Positions 14,579 to 27,891 of a stretch of DNA of 64,000 nt are shown piece after piece; position 1 is the stretch's first letter; each line of letters starts with the position of its first letter. Where the stretch lies: assembly GCA_052327205.1 (NCBI GenBank), contig CM126218.1:38440001-38504000 (forward strand). The letters run 5' to 3'. Below the pieces are notes generated by a model. It saw only the letters and a list, made by a program, of their open reading frames with translations, was not told the DNA's origin and did no database searches. Origin of the DNA: Somniosus microcephalus. Lineage: Eukaryota. The position numbers were made by a program, and so were the translations under genes.

Positions 14579-16873
14579 TGCTCGCCTTGGCATCGTTCTG
14601 GCCCACATGATCCACCCTGACCAGTCCTACACAGTCCCAGGCTGGACCATCCACAACAACATCCACCTGGTCCTGGACCTGATCCACCATTCCCAGAGGG
14701 CCGATCTGTCGAGCGCCATCCTTTCCCTGGATCAGGAGAAGGCGTTCGACAGGGTGGATCCCAAATACTTATTCGGGACTCTGCAGGCATTCGGGCTCAG
14801 GATGCATTTCGTCGCCTGGATCCGACTTCTGTATGCTGCGGCCGACTGTCTGATTAAGGTGAACGGATCTTTGACGGCACCCCTTAATTTTGGGAGAGGA
14901 GTGAGTCAGGGATGCCCAATGTCTGGACAATTATATAACATTTGCGTGGAGCCTTTCCTGTGCCTCTTGCAGAAGGAATTGTCGGGACTGGCTCTGCGCA
15001 GGCTGGCTGTGGAGGTCGTTCTCTTGGCTTATGCCGATGACGTGCTTCTCATGGTCACGGATCCCGCTGACACGTGGAAGATGCACGAGTGCCAGTGAGT
15101 GTACTCTGCCGCGTCCCCCGCAAGGATCAACTGGGATAATGTTCTGGACTCCTGGTTGATCAGTGGCAGGTGGACTCCCTCACGGAGCATCTCCGGCCCT
15201 TTGCCTGGAGCATCACGCACTTCCTGTACCTGGGAGTCTACCTTAGCCCTGCTGAAGAAGCCTGGCCGGTGAACTAACAAGAGCTGGAGACCAATGTCAC
15301 CCATCGCTGGACAGGATCTGCTCCGAGTGCTGTCCTACAGGGGCTGACACTAGTCATAAACCAACTGGTGGCCACTATGCTATTGTACTGTTGGTAACTT
15401 TGATCCTTGCCCCAGAGTTTGTTACCAAGGTTCAGAGGAAACTCGTCGACTTCTTCTGGGACAAAAGGAAGCAATGGGTGGTTGCTGTGGTTCTGAGTCT
15501 CCCGCTTAGGGAGGGCAGTCTGGTGCTGGTTTGCGTTCCACCTTAAGACTCTGCAGAGATACCTGTACGTCAAGGATCCTCCTGAATGGTGTGTGCTGGC
15601 GATGTTTTTTTTCTGCCAGATGCATGGCCTGAATTGACACGTAACTCCTGTTTGTTAAGTTGCTCGGCAACCATGTGTCCGTGCAGGAGCTGCCTGTCTT
15701 TTACTGGGATGTAATCAGGGTCTGGAGTATGGTTGTCTCTAGCCAGAGCTCTCCCCCATCTGGAGCAGAGGCCATACTAAGGGAGCCGCTGCTTAGGAAC
15801 CTGGCCTCTGGGTGGCCGGCTTTGGTGACACGTGGCTGGCGAAGAGGGTGGCCCTGGCTGCTAAGGTAACCAGAGTCAGGGATGTTCTGGATGGCGGAGG
15901 AGTGAGCTGGATGATGCCAAAGGTTTTGGCAGCCTGGATGTCCTGGCGCTACATCCGGCCCACGGCCAAAGCCATCCAGGCACTAAAATCCGCACCCAGC
16001 CCTGATTTCACTAGGTTTGTCAAGAAGGCGCAAGCAATCCCGTCTGAACCGACTCCTGTTCGGACGGAATTTCTCATCGGCGCAAGGCCCCGAAACTTCC
16101 CTCAGGTGCCTGCGCCATCTCTCGGAAATTCCCTCCGTGCCATTCCACTCAGGACAGAGGGATTGCCTGTACGGGCTGCTCCTGCACAATCTCCGCTTCC
16201 TCGCCCTTGGCTTCCGTCTGGACGTGCCTTGGTGTGCCATCTTGCCGTCCGGCGGAGGCGGTGACCCTAATGCAAGGGCTCGCTATGCGAGAGTCCTCCC
16301 CTGCATCATTGGGAATCTGGGGTGGAGAGTGTTGCATGGAGCAGTTCCATCAAAGAGGTTTTTAAGTCTCATCATGGACCCCCAAGCCGCCTGTGACTTT
16401 TACGGCCTGGACGAGTCTGTGTTACACATTTACACCTGTATGGTTGCCTGAAGAGGCTGCTCCTCAACCTCTGGCTGCAATTCAGTCCCATGCTCCTGAT
16501 CTTTGCCCACCTGGTTTGGAGGGGGGCGGGCATGTCTGAGGACCTCCTCAGATGGCCATCCACGTGGCCCGTGGGTGCAGTTGCTCTGGCTGCCTGCCTC
16601 TCTTCTGTGGCCTTGTCTGCACCCGGGTGGCCCTGGAGAAGGAGCATGCGGTGTCCGCCAGTACTTTTGAGGCCTTCCGCGACCAGTGGGCATCACAGCA
16701 ACTGCAGTGTTTAGTGGACACGGGCAATAATATTATTTAAGTTACAAATTTCCTTTGTTTTATGATGTAGTTTTCCATTAGTTGTACCCCTTTAAAAGGG
16801 GGCACATTTGTTTGTTTTTGTTTGATGGCACTGGTGCAACTCAGCGTCTCCTTATCGACTAATTAAAGGAAAG
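14579..16873 (+). mobile_element. 5'-truncated Tx1/L1-clade LINE
   Basis: RT motifs IHPDQSY, SLDQEKAFDRV, GVSQGCPMSG, AYADD and zf-RVT-like LGWRVLHGAV. Perfect 14-bp TSD GCATAAACATTCTG at 14565-14578 and 16874-16887. Confidence 0.92.
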
Positions 16874-17069
16874 GCATAAACATTCTGCCAATGGAACAGT
16901 CTAACTTTTAACACTAAACACAGAGCTAATTTTTTTAAAGCATTTTGATATTATAAAATTATGAACTGTAAAATTCCAATGAGAAGTGAGTTTTGTGGAA
17001 GCAATACTGTGGTACAGTTTCTAATAAGGCCTCACAACAGCAAATAATTCTTGTTAAATAAGATACTGT

Positions 17070-17733
17070 GGGGGAAAAATTGGGTGAGTAGCGCCACCTG
17101 TTAGCGCCTAAAGAGGCAGTCAGTGGCTGTAGCGCCACTGGCTGCGCCTCCCGCGATATTCAGCAGGGGCGCTAATGGTGGCGTTAGCCTTTTGCGCTGC
17201 GCCGCCACCAATGACGTCATCGGTGTGCGCAGCGCCCCATTCGCGCCCCGATCGCGATATTTGGTAGCGAACGCCGCTGTAACGCCGTTCGCTACCCGCG
17301 CCCGGTTCACGGGGCCTTGCTGCGCCGGCAGAGGCGCAAGTTAAGGTGGAGGTGCGGGGCGGCTGTTTTTTCGGCGGCCGCCTGCCAGCACCTCCGTCCC
17401 CGGCCTCCTGGTCTCCCCCCCCACCGCGGCATTGCCGGCTGTTTCCCGAGAGCCCGGCACTTCTCCTTGGTGCCGGGCTCTTTTGCCGGCACTCGCAATC
17501 GGGACTCGCGCTGTTGCAGGCCCCTCCCCCTTAGCAATGGGAGGAAGGCCTGCAGCACGCACGTAGCGCTGCGAAATTCACTTTCAGCGCCCTAAGAGGG
17601 ACGCGGAGCGCCTCGAGCCGCACCCCGTCTCCCTCTAGGGGCACTTCAACTGAATTTGCGGCGATCGCGGCGCAAATTCCAGCGTCCAGGCGAACTTTGC
17701 GCCGCTTGGGCACCTCAGGCCAATTTCTAGGCC
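17070..17733. mobile_element. CpG-rich Harbinger-type MITE
   Basis: Imperfect TIRs GGGGGAAAAATTGG / CCAATTTCTAGGCC, 3-bp TSD TGT, abrupt GC/CpG step. Confidence 0.75.
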
Positions 17734-18246
17734 TGTATATCTATCACAAAGTATTAAATTTCTTTATATCCCTGAAAATGAAAAAAACAAGGAATGTACC
17801 AGTGACTTAAGAGAGATGAAAATACACTAAATCTGTATGTTTCACATATGTGCTAACAATACTATTTCTCAATATCTGAACTTAAATTATCCATGACAAG
17901 ATCTAATTATTTAACCATTTCTCAGCAGAAACTTCCGTAGATTCCAGAAAACATGCTGTCTTCTAAATAACGTGACAATTTCAGCCACAGGATGAAGGCT
18001 GAGGCAAATGTGTAGCAGCAGAGAAATTGATGAGTTCATCTAATTCAAGTGTAATAGCAGCCAAGACTGACATAGCATAGAGATAAGGTGCATTCAAGAT
18101 AAGTGATTTATACAGGCTTACTTTTCTATCTCATTTCCACTTCCTCAGTAAGCCACTAGGCTATGTTATAACACAACCCTTCAGAATTTAAATCTCTTCA
18201 GAACTAATAGTTTATTTTCAACGCATCACACAAATCATGAACTTAC

Positions 18247-18399
18247 ATTAATGAGTTCAATTTCCCACAGCTTTTTCACAAGATCCATTGATGTATAACC
18301 ATTTGCCAGAAAGGTCTTGATGTAATCATTCAGCTCTAAAGAATCTAACCAGTCTGCCACAGACGTTGGACTGTTCGCATCGTATCCAATAACTTTAAC
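18247..18399 (-). CDS. ANKS1B: ANKS1B SAM2 first exon
   Basis: ttatttcag|GTT ... ATTAAT|gtaagt. 153 nt, phase 0-0. Encodes [51 protein letters not shown]. Confidence 0.95.
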
Positions 18400-18949
18400 C
18401 TGAAATAAAGGAGAAAAATGCATGTGTAAAAGATGCATAAAATTATGTTGGAGAGCTTGTTCATTTTCATGGAACCCTGCCCTGAGTACCAGTTGTCATA
18501 TCTGATGCATTCCAAATCATTAGAAAAAGTAGTATGTTAAGATTATAGCTGTCAGGTGGACCCCGGCAGAATATCTACATCCTAATACTGTCAGTTGTTA
18601 TAGCTTATGTTTTTCCATTAATAACATTTGCTATCTCTAGGCATGGGAGCTAATCATGCAGTTATTATAGTGGCTGAGAACATATTATAATTCCTATTCA
18701 GCATTGTGACAGAATTAATCATCATATAGAAATATTTTGTGGGGCGTGCAGTTGGTAGATTTAGGAATTTGATGGTACTGTACACCATTACAGTCAGGTT
18801 TAAAACACTTCCATATGCTTTCTGATGATACAGTTGGGCACAATTCAGCCAGCATTACTTTTGAGGAAATGTTTGTCATCAAAACTTGAATCTTCAGGGT
18901 ACTAAATAAATGTACACAAACCTCAACAAATCATAATTACAAATCAATA

Positions 18950-19425
18950 GTTCACCAGATTGATTCCTGGGATGCGATGGCTGTCATATGAGGAGAAATT
19001 GAGTAGACTTGGCCTATATTCTCTGGAGTTTAGAAGAATGAGAGGTGATCTCATTGAAGTGTATACAATTCTTAGAGGGCTTGACAGGGTAGATGCTGAG
19101 AGGCTGTTTCCCCTGGCTGGAGAGTCTAGAACTAGGGGTCACAGTCTCAGGATAAGGGGTAGGCCATTTAGGACTGAGATGAGGAGAAATTTCTTCTCTC
19201 AGAGGGTGGTGTATCTCTGGAATTCTCTACCCCCAGAGGGCTGCGGATGCTCAGTCGATAAGTATATTAAAGACTGAGATTGATAAATTCTTGGGCACTA
19301 AGCGAATTAAGGGGTATGGGGATGGGTGGGAAAGTGGAGTTGATTTAAAAGTTCAGCCAAGATCTTATTGAATGGCAGAGCAGGCTTGAGGGGCCATATG
19401 GCCTACTCCTGCTCCTATTTCTTAT
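18950..19425 (+). mobile_element. CR1 LINE 3' fragment
   Basis: ORF2 C-terminus LYSLEFRRMRGDLIE...RTRGHS plus 3' UTR. Confidence 0.9.
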
Positions 19426-19519
19426 CTTATGTATAATGCATGTCAGAAAATCAGTTCTAATTTCCAGCCTTAGACGCAGCGGGCCCCATAATCTATCAAT
19501 AGAAAATGCTAAATACAAT

Positions 19520-20194
19520 GGGCCGGATATTTCAATGCCTACGGGTGTGTACGCACCCGTAGGGACATCAGAAATGCCGGTTTCAGGCATGCACAGTGCA
19601 TGCGCTGAAAACCAGCATTTCCGATCTGTCAAGAATCGTCTTGACAAATCGGACACCTGCCCTGGAGAAGGGCCTCTGTGGGCGGATAGATCCGCTTTCT
19701 GGAGACCCTCCGCCCACAGAAAACCCTTAGAAAGCTTACACCTGGTAAAAGCAGGAGTAAGGCCTGCTTTTACCAGGATAAGAGTTGAAAAAAAGTTTTT
19801 TTTTTAAAAATTCACTCATTTAAAAATACTTTTAAAAAGGTAAGTTTATTTTTAGCCCCGTAAAAAGCTTGAATTATTTTTTTCAAAAAATTAAATTTTT
19901 ATTTAAAATATTTTTAAAAAGTGATGTTTAAAAAAAAACTATGAAAAGTTTTACTATGTTTTGGGGTGATCTCCATTCATATATTTGACAGGTCTATCTG
20001 TCAAGTGTATGAAGGGAGATTCCCTTCTTTGATTGGCTCCCCATGGCCCACGTGATCCCAGGGATGCTGCGAACTGCCTGTGCCTCTGGGACACGTGGGC
20101 CCTGCGCATTTCCAGTTTGGAGAGGCCCAGGAGCAGAAGTATAGGCGTTTCGGGAGCCCTCCGCACGCGGGAAGCCTCCGATCGGAAAATACCC
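19520..20194. mobile_element. Harbinger-type MITE, family shared with 26888-27680
   Basis: 3-bp TSD AAT. Shared internal motifs gcatgcacag.gcatgcgctgaaaacc and aaggtaagttta...ttttagccccg. Confidence 0.75.
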
Positions 20195-20569
20195 AATGTT
20201 ATCAGTTGTAGAAGAATATGTTAATATTGTAAGTTCAATTAAGTAATCTCTTCTGTCTAGTCCAAGCTCTTGCACATAACAAGAATCCATTGGGTTTTAC
20301 TACCACATTTCTAAGCAATAAAGAGCCAGCATCTAACTTGATAAACTGAAGTACTGTTGGTTAAAAGACAACCGAAGTCTCTTAATGAAACAGTTCAGTG
20401 AGTTTCTGGAAAGTGAAAACATCGATGGAAACCATTTAAAAATTATTTGTTTTCTTACAACTTTTAATCGCACAATATGATAACTAAAGAGAAAAAAACA
20501 TTTTGCCAGTTTGGACTTGCAAGTGGCTTAAATGTACTTTTGGGCATCTCTCCACACAGAGGTATGTCA

Positions 20570-21946
20570 AACATAGAAGATAGGAGCAGGAGTAGGCCAT
20601 TCGGCCCTTGAGCCTGCTCCGCCATTCAATGTCAGCCTCAAGAAATATATCCAACTCTTTCTTGAATATATTTAATGAACTGGCCTCCACCGCCCTCTGT
20701 GGCAGAGAATTCCACAGGTTCACCACTCTCTGGGTGAAGAAGTTCCTCCTCATTTCAGTCCTAAATGGCTTACCCCTTATCCTTAGACTATGACCCCTGG
20801 TTCGGGACTCCCCGGCCATCATAAACATCCTTCCTGCATCTAGTCTGTCCAGGCCTGACAGAATTTTATAGGTTTCGATGAGATCCCCTCTCAATCTTCT
20901 AAACTCCAGTGAGTATAAGCCCAATCGACACAATCTCTCCTCATACGTCATTCCTGCCATCCCAGGTATCAGCCTGGTGAATCTTCGCTGCACTCCCTCC
21001 ATGGCAAGAATGTCCTTCCTCAGGTAAGGTGACCAAAACTACACACAATACTCAAGGTGCGGTCTCACCAAGGCCCTGTACAACTGTAGCAAGACACCCT
21101 TGTTCCTGTACTCGAACCCTCTTGCTACGAAGGCCAACATACCATTTGCCTTCTTAACCGCCTGCTGCACCTGCATGCTTACCTTCAGCGACTGGTGCAC
21201 AAGAACACACAGGTCTCTTTGCACTTCCCCTTCTCCCAATCTATTGCCATTCAAATAATAATCTGCCTTCCTGTTTTTGCCACCAAAGTGGATAACCTCA
21301 CATTTATCCACATTATAGTGCATTTGCCATGTTTCTGTCCAATCACCCAACCTGTCCAAATCGTACTGGAGTTTCACGACATCCTCCTCACAGCTTACCC
21401 TCCCACCCAGCTTTGTGTCGTCTACAAATTTGGAGATATTACATCCAATTCCCTCGTCCAGATCATTAATATATATTGTGAACAGCTAGGGTCCTAGGAC
21501 CGATCCTTGCGGTACCCCACTAGTCACTGCCTGCCACTCGGAAAACGACCCGTTTATTCCAACTCTTTGCTTTCTGTCCGCCAACCAGTTCTCTATCCAA
21601 GTCAATACCTTGCCCCCAATCCCATGTGCCTTAATTTTGCACGCTAATCTCTTATGTGGGACCTTATCGAAAGCCTTCTGAAAGTCCAAATACACCACAT
21701 CCACTGGTTCTCCCTTATCTATTTTACCAGTTACATCCTCAAAAAATTCCAGTAGATTAGTCAAGCATGATTTACCTTTTGTAAATCCATGTTGACTTTG
21801 TCCGATCCTGTCACTGCTTTCCAAGTGCTCTGCTATTACATCTTTTATAATAGACTCCAGCATTTTCCCCACTACCGATGTCAGGCTTACCGGTCTATAA
21901 TTCCCCGCTTTTTCTCTACCACCTTTTTTGAATAGTGGGGTAACAT
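20570..21946 (-). mobile_element. CR1 LINE, 5'-truncated, same subfamily as 23200-25665
   Basis: RT ORF pieces nearly identical in protein to the + copy. Short deletion in the 3' UTR. Confidence 0.95.
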
Positions 21947-23199
21947 CAAGAATCAAGAATAACATCAGTTGATAAATTCAGGTTATATTCAAAATTAAAT
22001 GTCAGCACTGTTTTATCAGGCAATACATCTAATCTAAATGTTACAGCTGAAGAGTCATCTGCTAATTACTAGTCTTTTGTACAAATGTTACTGTAGCAAG
22101 TAAACTAATTGCCCGTGTTGAATTTATTTTATGAAACACTATTAACCTTTAGATTACCAGAAGATTCTGGGAAATGATGGTCTACCTGGGCCACTAAATC
22201 TTAAACTTCTTACCTTACAAATGACGGCAATGACACAAATACTAACATTATAATAATAAATATACTCAATAGTAGTTTAATACTGCATCATCAATCCTAC
22301 ATTACAAAATAAGCACTTAAAATAATATTTAAAATAATTAAACACTGCTGCTTCTTATTCAATCACCTACAAATGTTGCCTTTTTCTCTTTTTCCCCATT
22401 TTCTTTCCTATTTTTAGAAATGAGCTTTACTCTTACTGTATTTTTCTACCTATTCTCTCCATTCTAAACCTTTTCTCTGAAAATTAACTTTAAACCCAAT
22501 CACGCTCCCTATATGCTCTCACCATCCAATTTGGAGAGGGAACAACCGGATAAAATGTTTCGGATTGGCTGACAACAGACTTTAATTTTTCATCCAATTA
22601 AATGCTAAAAATGTAAAAATTGACCATTTGCATCATAGATGTGACAAGTTCAATATTTAAGTAGGTTCAATCCAGCATCTAGTAAGTAAGAGCTGACAGT
22701 ACTGTACAATTTTTAAAAATCTAAAAAGGTTGGCACTTTCACGGTCATAAAGATGGTGGGAGATGTGGAAATGTCACACTGATGAAACAGAATAGACATT
22801 ATTGAGACACTAAAAGGGGAGCGAACCCTAAATTTCTTTTTAATAGCTGATTTACTTGTCATAATTTAACAAATTTCACCATTAGTCAACAAGTTACAAC
22901 TTGTCTCAAGTTCCTTGAGTCAACATATTTGATCATTACTGCAATTGCAATTATTTTGGTTCCAGACTAGTTTATATAAGCTTATCAACCTTAATACAAA
23001 CAAACTCATCACTGGATACACATCATTAGCATTTCCAGATTGCTGATGATATACAGAACAAACTCTTACAGCGCCTACAACCACTGCTGCGAGGAACTGG
23101 TTTAAGATAAGCAAATCACCTCCCATTATCAAATTAGAAATATATACCTCTTGACAGAGGATATTAAATAACTGATGTCTCCTAATTATACAGCACAAG

Positions 23200-25665
23200 T
23201 GACTTTAATCTACATATAGGTTGGGCTAACCAAATTAGTTACAATACTGTGGAGGAGGAATTCCTGGAGTGTTTACGGGATGGTTTCCTGGACCAATATG
23301 TCGAGGAACCAACCAGAGATCAGGCCATCTTAGACTGGGTATTATGTAATGAGAAAGAATTAATTAGCAATCTTGTTGTACGAGGCCCTTTGGGTCGGAA
23401 CGATCATAATATGATAGAATTCTTCATTAAGATGGAGAATGAAGTAGTTGACTCAGAGACTAGGGTCCTGAATTTAAATAAAGGAAACTATGATGGTCTG
23501 AGGCGCGAGTTGGGTAGGATTGATTGGGGAATGTCACTCAAAGGGTTGACGGTGGATAGGCAATGGCAAGCATTCAAAGACTGCATGGATGAACTACAGA
23601 AATTGTTCATCCCAGTTTGGCATAAAAATAAAACAAAAAAGGTGACTCAACCGTGGCTAACAAGGGAAATTAGGGATAGCATAAGCTCCAAGGAGAGGAC
23701 ATATAAATTGGCCAGAAAAAGCAGTAAACCGGAGGATTCAACAAAGGAGGACAAAGAGATTAATTAAGAAGGGGAAAATAGAATGAGAGAGTAAGCTAGC
23801 AGGGAACATAAAAACTGACTGTAAAAGCTTTTATAGATATGTGAAGAGAAAAAGATTGGTGAAGTCAAACGTAGGTCCCTTGCAGTCAGAATCAGGGGAA
23901 TTTATAATGGGAACAAAGAAATGGCAGACCAATTAAATACATATTTTGGTTCTGTCTTCACAAAGGAGGACACAAATAACCTCCCAGAGATGTCGGGGAA
24001 CATAGGGTCTGATGAAGGGGAGGAACTGAAAGAAATCAGTATTTGTAAGGAAATGGTGTTAAGGAAATTGATGGGACTGAAGGCCGATAAATCCCCAGGG
24101 CCTGATAATCTACATCCTAGGGTACTTAAGGAAGTGGCTCTAGAAATAGTAGATGCATTGCTGATCATCTTCCAACATTCGATGGTATCTGGAACAGTAC
24201 CCATGGATTGGAGGGTAGCTAATGTTACCCCACTATTCAAAAAAGGTGGTAGGGAGAAAACGGGGAATTACAGACCGGTAAGCCTGACATCGGTAGTGGG
24301 GAAAATGCTAGAGTCCATTATAAAGGATGTAATAGCTGAGCACTTGGAAAACAGTGACAGGATCGGACAAAGTCAACATGGATTTACAAAAGGTAAATCG
24401 TGCTTGACTAATCTACTGGAATTTTTTGAGGATGTAACTGGTAAAATAGATAAGGGAGAACCAGTGGATGTGGTGTATTTGGACTTTCAGAAGGCTTTCA
24501 ATAGGGTCCCGCATAAGAGGTTAGCGTGTAAAGTTAAGGCACATGGGATTGGGGGCAAGGTATTGACTTGGATAGAAAACTGGTTGGCAGACAGAAAGCA
24601 AAGAGTTGGAATAAACGGCTCTTTTTCCGAGTGGCAGGCAGTGACTAGTGGGGTACCGCAGGGATCGGTCCTTGGACCCCAGCTATTCACAATATATATC
24701 AATGATCTAGACGAGGGAACTAGATGTAATATCTCCAAATTTGCAGACAACACAAAGCTGGGTGGGCGTGTGTGTTGTGAGGAGGATGCCGAGAAACTCC
24801 AGTATGATTTGGACAGGTTGGGTGATTGGGCAGAAGCATGGCAGATGCAATATAACGTGGATAAATGTGAGGTTATCCACTTTGGTGGCAAAAACAGGAA
24901 GGCAGATTATCTGAATGGCAATAGATTGGGCGAAGGGGAAGTGCAATGAGACCTGGGTGTCCTTGTGCACCAGTCGCTGAAGGTAAGCATGCAGGTGCAG
25001 CAGGCGGTTAAGAAGGCAAATGGTATGTTGGCCTTCGTAGCGAGAGGCTTTGAGTACAGGAACAAGGATGTCTTGCTGCAGTTGTACAGGGCCTTGGTGA
25101 GACCACATCTTGAGTATTGTGTGCAGTTTTGGTCGCCTTATCTGAGGAAGGATGTTCTTGCCATGGAAGGAGTTCAGCGAAGATTCACCAGGCTGATACC
25201 TGGGATGGCAGGAATGACATATGAGGAGAGATTGGGTCGATTGGGCTTGTACTCGCTGGAGTTTAGAAGAATGAGTGGGGATCTCATTGAAACTTATAAA
25301 ATTCTGACAGGACTGGACAGACTAGATGCAGGAAGGATGTTCCCGATGGTCGGGGAGTCCAGAACCAGGGGTCGCAGTCTAAGGATAAAGGGTATGCCAT
25401 TTAGGACAGAAATGAGGAGGAATTTCTTCACCCAGAGAGTGGTGAACCTGTGGAATTCTCTACCACAGAAGGTAGTAGAGGCCAATTCATTAAATATATT
25501 CAAGAAGGAGTTGGATATATTTCTTAAGGCTAAAGGGATCAAGGGGTATAGGGAGAAAGCAGGGACGGGGTACTGAATTTGGATGATCAGCCAGGATCAC
25601 ATTGAATGGCGGAGCAGGCTCGAGGGGCCGAATGGCCTACTCCTGCTCCTATCTTCTATGTTTCT
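23200..25665 (+). mobile_element. CR1 LINE, most of ORF2 plus 3' UTR, inactivated
   Basis: Endonuclease end (ILDWVL, DHNMIEF) and RT (YLDFQKAF, GVPQGSVLGP). Catalytic motif reads FADN rather than FADD, TGA at 24947-24949, CR1-type ttctatgtttcta tail. Confidence 0.95.
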
Positions 25666-26253
25666 AAGTGCATTTAGATACAGATTGGTATCTAAATTGA
25701 ACCTAATCATTGGCAAATGGATTGGTTCAACTCATACACAGTTCTGATATACATATATACATATGCAGTACATGCATTTATAAAACAGCACATTAGAGCA
25801 AAGAACTGTTATCAAATGTGCCTTTATTGACACCAAACTAAAAAGGCAGAATAAACTAGTATTGCCAGCAGGACTTGCTTTAGTCCTTACAACTGTTTCA
25901 TAACTTGTTATTCCATTTCCACCAAAAAGGTCAATGGATGACATAGCACTGAACTTGGCTAATTTCTCAATGTGCTTGTTATGGAGTTGGTATAATGGAC
26001 AAAGTAGTTTCCCACCGAGTGAAGCAGGGAAAAATTTCAGTTGTTTGAATTTTAATGTCAACAAAAAAGTTTTGTTTGTACATGTTCTACATGGATGAGA
26101 TCAGAGAGATTGGAGACTTCACAGAAGCGGTAAAATGAACACAAGAGCAGCATACTCAACTTCAATGGATATTTCCTAAGTGAATTACTTCTCCACATGA
26201 TTTAATATAACTACAGTAGGTGTTCTCTTTTCAGACAGCATCTCTCAACTTAC

Positions 26254-26352
26254 CCGTGGAAGGCCACGGACTGCCTGCAGGATTCGTTGTCTATGTGAAG
26301 AGTTAAGGATGCCGATCTCCAACAAATCCTGGTCTTCCACTACATTGCTTCC
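26254..26352 (-). CDS. ANKS1B: ANKS1B SAM1 second exon
   Basis: ctttctag|GGAAGC ... CCACGG|gtaagt. 99 nt, phase 0-0. Encodes [33 protein letters not shown]. Too short for the ORF track. Confidence 0.95.
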
Positions 26353-26887
26353 CTAGAAAGGGAGGAAAAAAAAGAGAAAAATGATGTAATTCCCACAGTC
26401 CAATTGTGATTGCAACGATCTGATGAACACCGTCACTGTACGCACAGCAGTAGAATTCTACAGTAAACAGCAGGTGAACAGTGGTCATCAAATAGCTACA
26501 CTGTGCCTTGAAACATCGCTGTGCTTGCTGAAAGTTCTTTGAAGTTGACTTGCTTAGATATCAATGGAGTGTGGAATAAAAGAATGAAAGCTATTGTAAA
26601 CAAAATAAAGGAAGCAGAAGGAGCAAACCAGCTTTCCATACACCTTATTGATTCTATGCACAGAAAAGAAGGCACTTTCTTTTACCCTGAACAGTCAGTT
26701 CCTCAAGGTTTACAACTGTGGTACACAGCATGACACAACCATCTAGTGGCACAGCTATTGTGCCATTCTGATAACATATGTTTCTTTTATTAAGATGCAA
26801 TCTCTGCCCCAGAAGGGGCCTTGAACCATATTTTGTCTTCAGAAAAGAAGTGCTATATATTTGGGTACTAATTCAAAAAAAGATAAT

Positions 26888-27680
26888 GGCCCAGTAATTC
26901 CGGGCACAATGCGTGAGTACGGTCGGAGTACTCACGCGTGTGCCCGGACGGGGTACTCACGCGTGTGCCCGGAGGAATTGCCGGTTTTCAGCATGCACAG
27001 CGCATGCGCTGAAAACCGGCATTTCCTGTCCTCTGACCCAAGGGGTTAAGAGGCAGAACGCGCGCGACTGCACAGGCAGCGCGTGCGCAGTGAAATTCCT
27101 TTTTTTCCCCCCCAGAGTTGCGCGTGTGTAAAGGCCTCCGGTCTTTACGCATTGAAAAACCACACGTAAGTACTTAGTTTTTCAGGTAAGTGGGCTTTTA
27201 GTACAATTGAGAATTTTTTTTCCCACAGGTTTGTTATTTTTAAAGAATTTACAGTAAGGTAAGTTTAGTTTTAGCCCCGATTTTTTATATAATTTTTTTT
27301 TTCAAATTTTAAAATTATTGTTTAAAATAGTTTTTCAGAGTTCTTTATTGTTCATTTAAGTAGTGCAATGTTTTTTTAAATTTTCTTTCAGGTTTAAGTA
27401 GTGTTTTGGGGCCAGGAGTTTTCATGAGTTTGACAGCTCTTACTGTCAAACTCATGAATGAGTTTCCCCTCCCCTGATTGGCTGCACAGTGCTCACCTGA
27501 TCCCAGCCGGCACATCGCACTAACTACGCCGCTGGATCAGGTAAGCACATCGCACCGACATCTGAACCGGGCCAGTGACAGGAAATGCAAGCAGGCCCGG
27601 GCTTCAGATGTCGGCGCGCAGGGTGAGTGCACATCGGGGACTTGCACGCGCGGCAAGCTCCCGATCCTAATTTCAGGGCC
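26888..27680. mobile_element. Harbinger-type MITE
   Basis: TIRs GGCCCAGTAATT / AATTTCAGGGCC, 3-bp TSD AAT. Confidence 0.8.
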
Positions 27681-27891
27681 AATGCTGCAGACTAGTCTTT
27701 TCATTTCATGGTGTCATTTCTTACAACAAAACACAGTTTCCAATTTTTCACCAAGTATCATTAAGATAATCCTGAATATTCTGAGGATGTTGATTTTGTG
27801 CAACAACGTTAAAATTTTAAAACCTTCAGAAAATTCAGAGAACAAGAAAAATAGTAAGACAAATGTGAATTGTATTTTAAAGGTCAAATAA

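Noticed and set aside
17101-17713. Cluster of overlapping ORFs suggesting a gene or native CpG-island promoter
   Set aside because: It is bounded by TIRs and a 3-bp TSD. Stop-codon scarcity in GC-rich MITE sequence explains the ORFs.
1-18246. Next ANKS1B exon (VLKINLIGHRKRILASL-like)
   Set aside because: Searched by eye and not found. It probably lies beyond position 1, though I may have missed it.
23249-25576. Active CR1 or domesticated reverse transcriptase
   Set aside because: 5'-truncated, interrupted by stops, and the catalytic motif is mutated to FADN.
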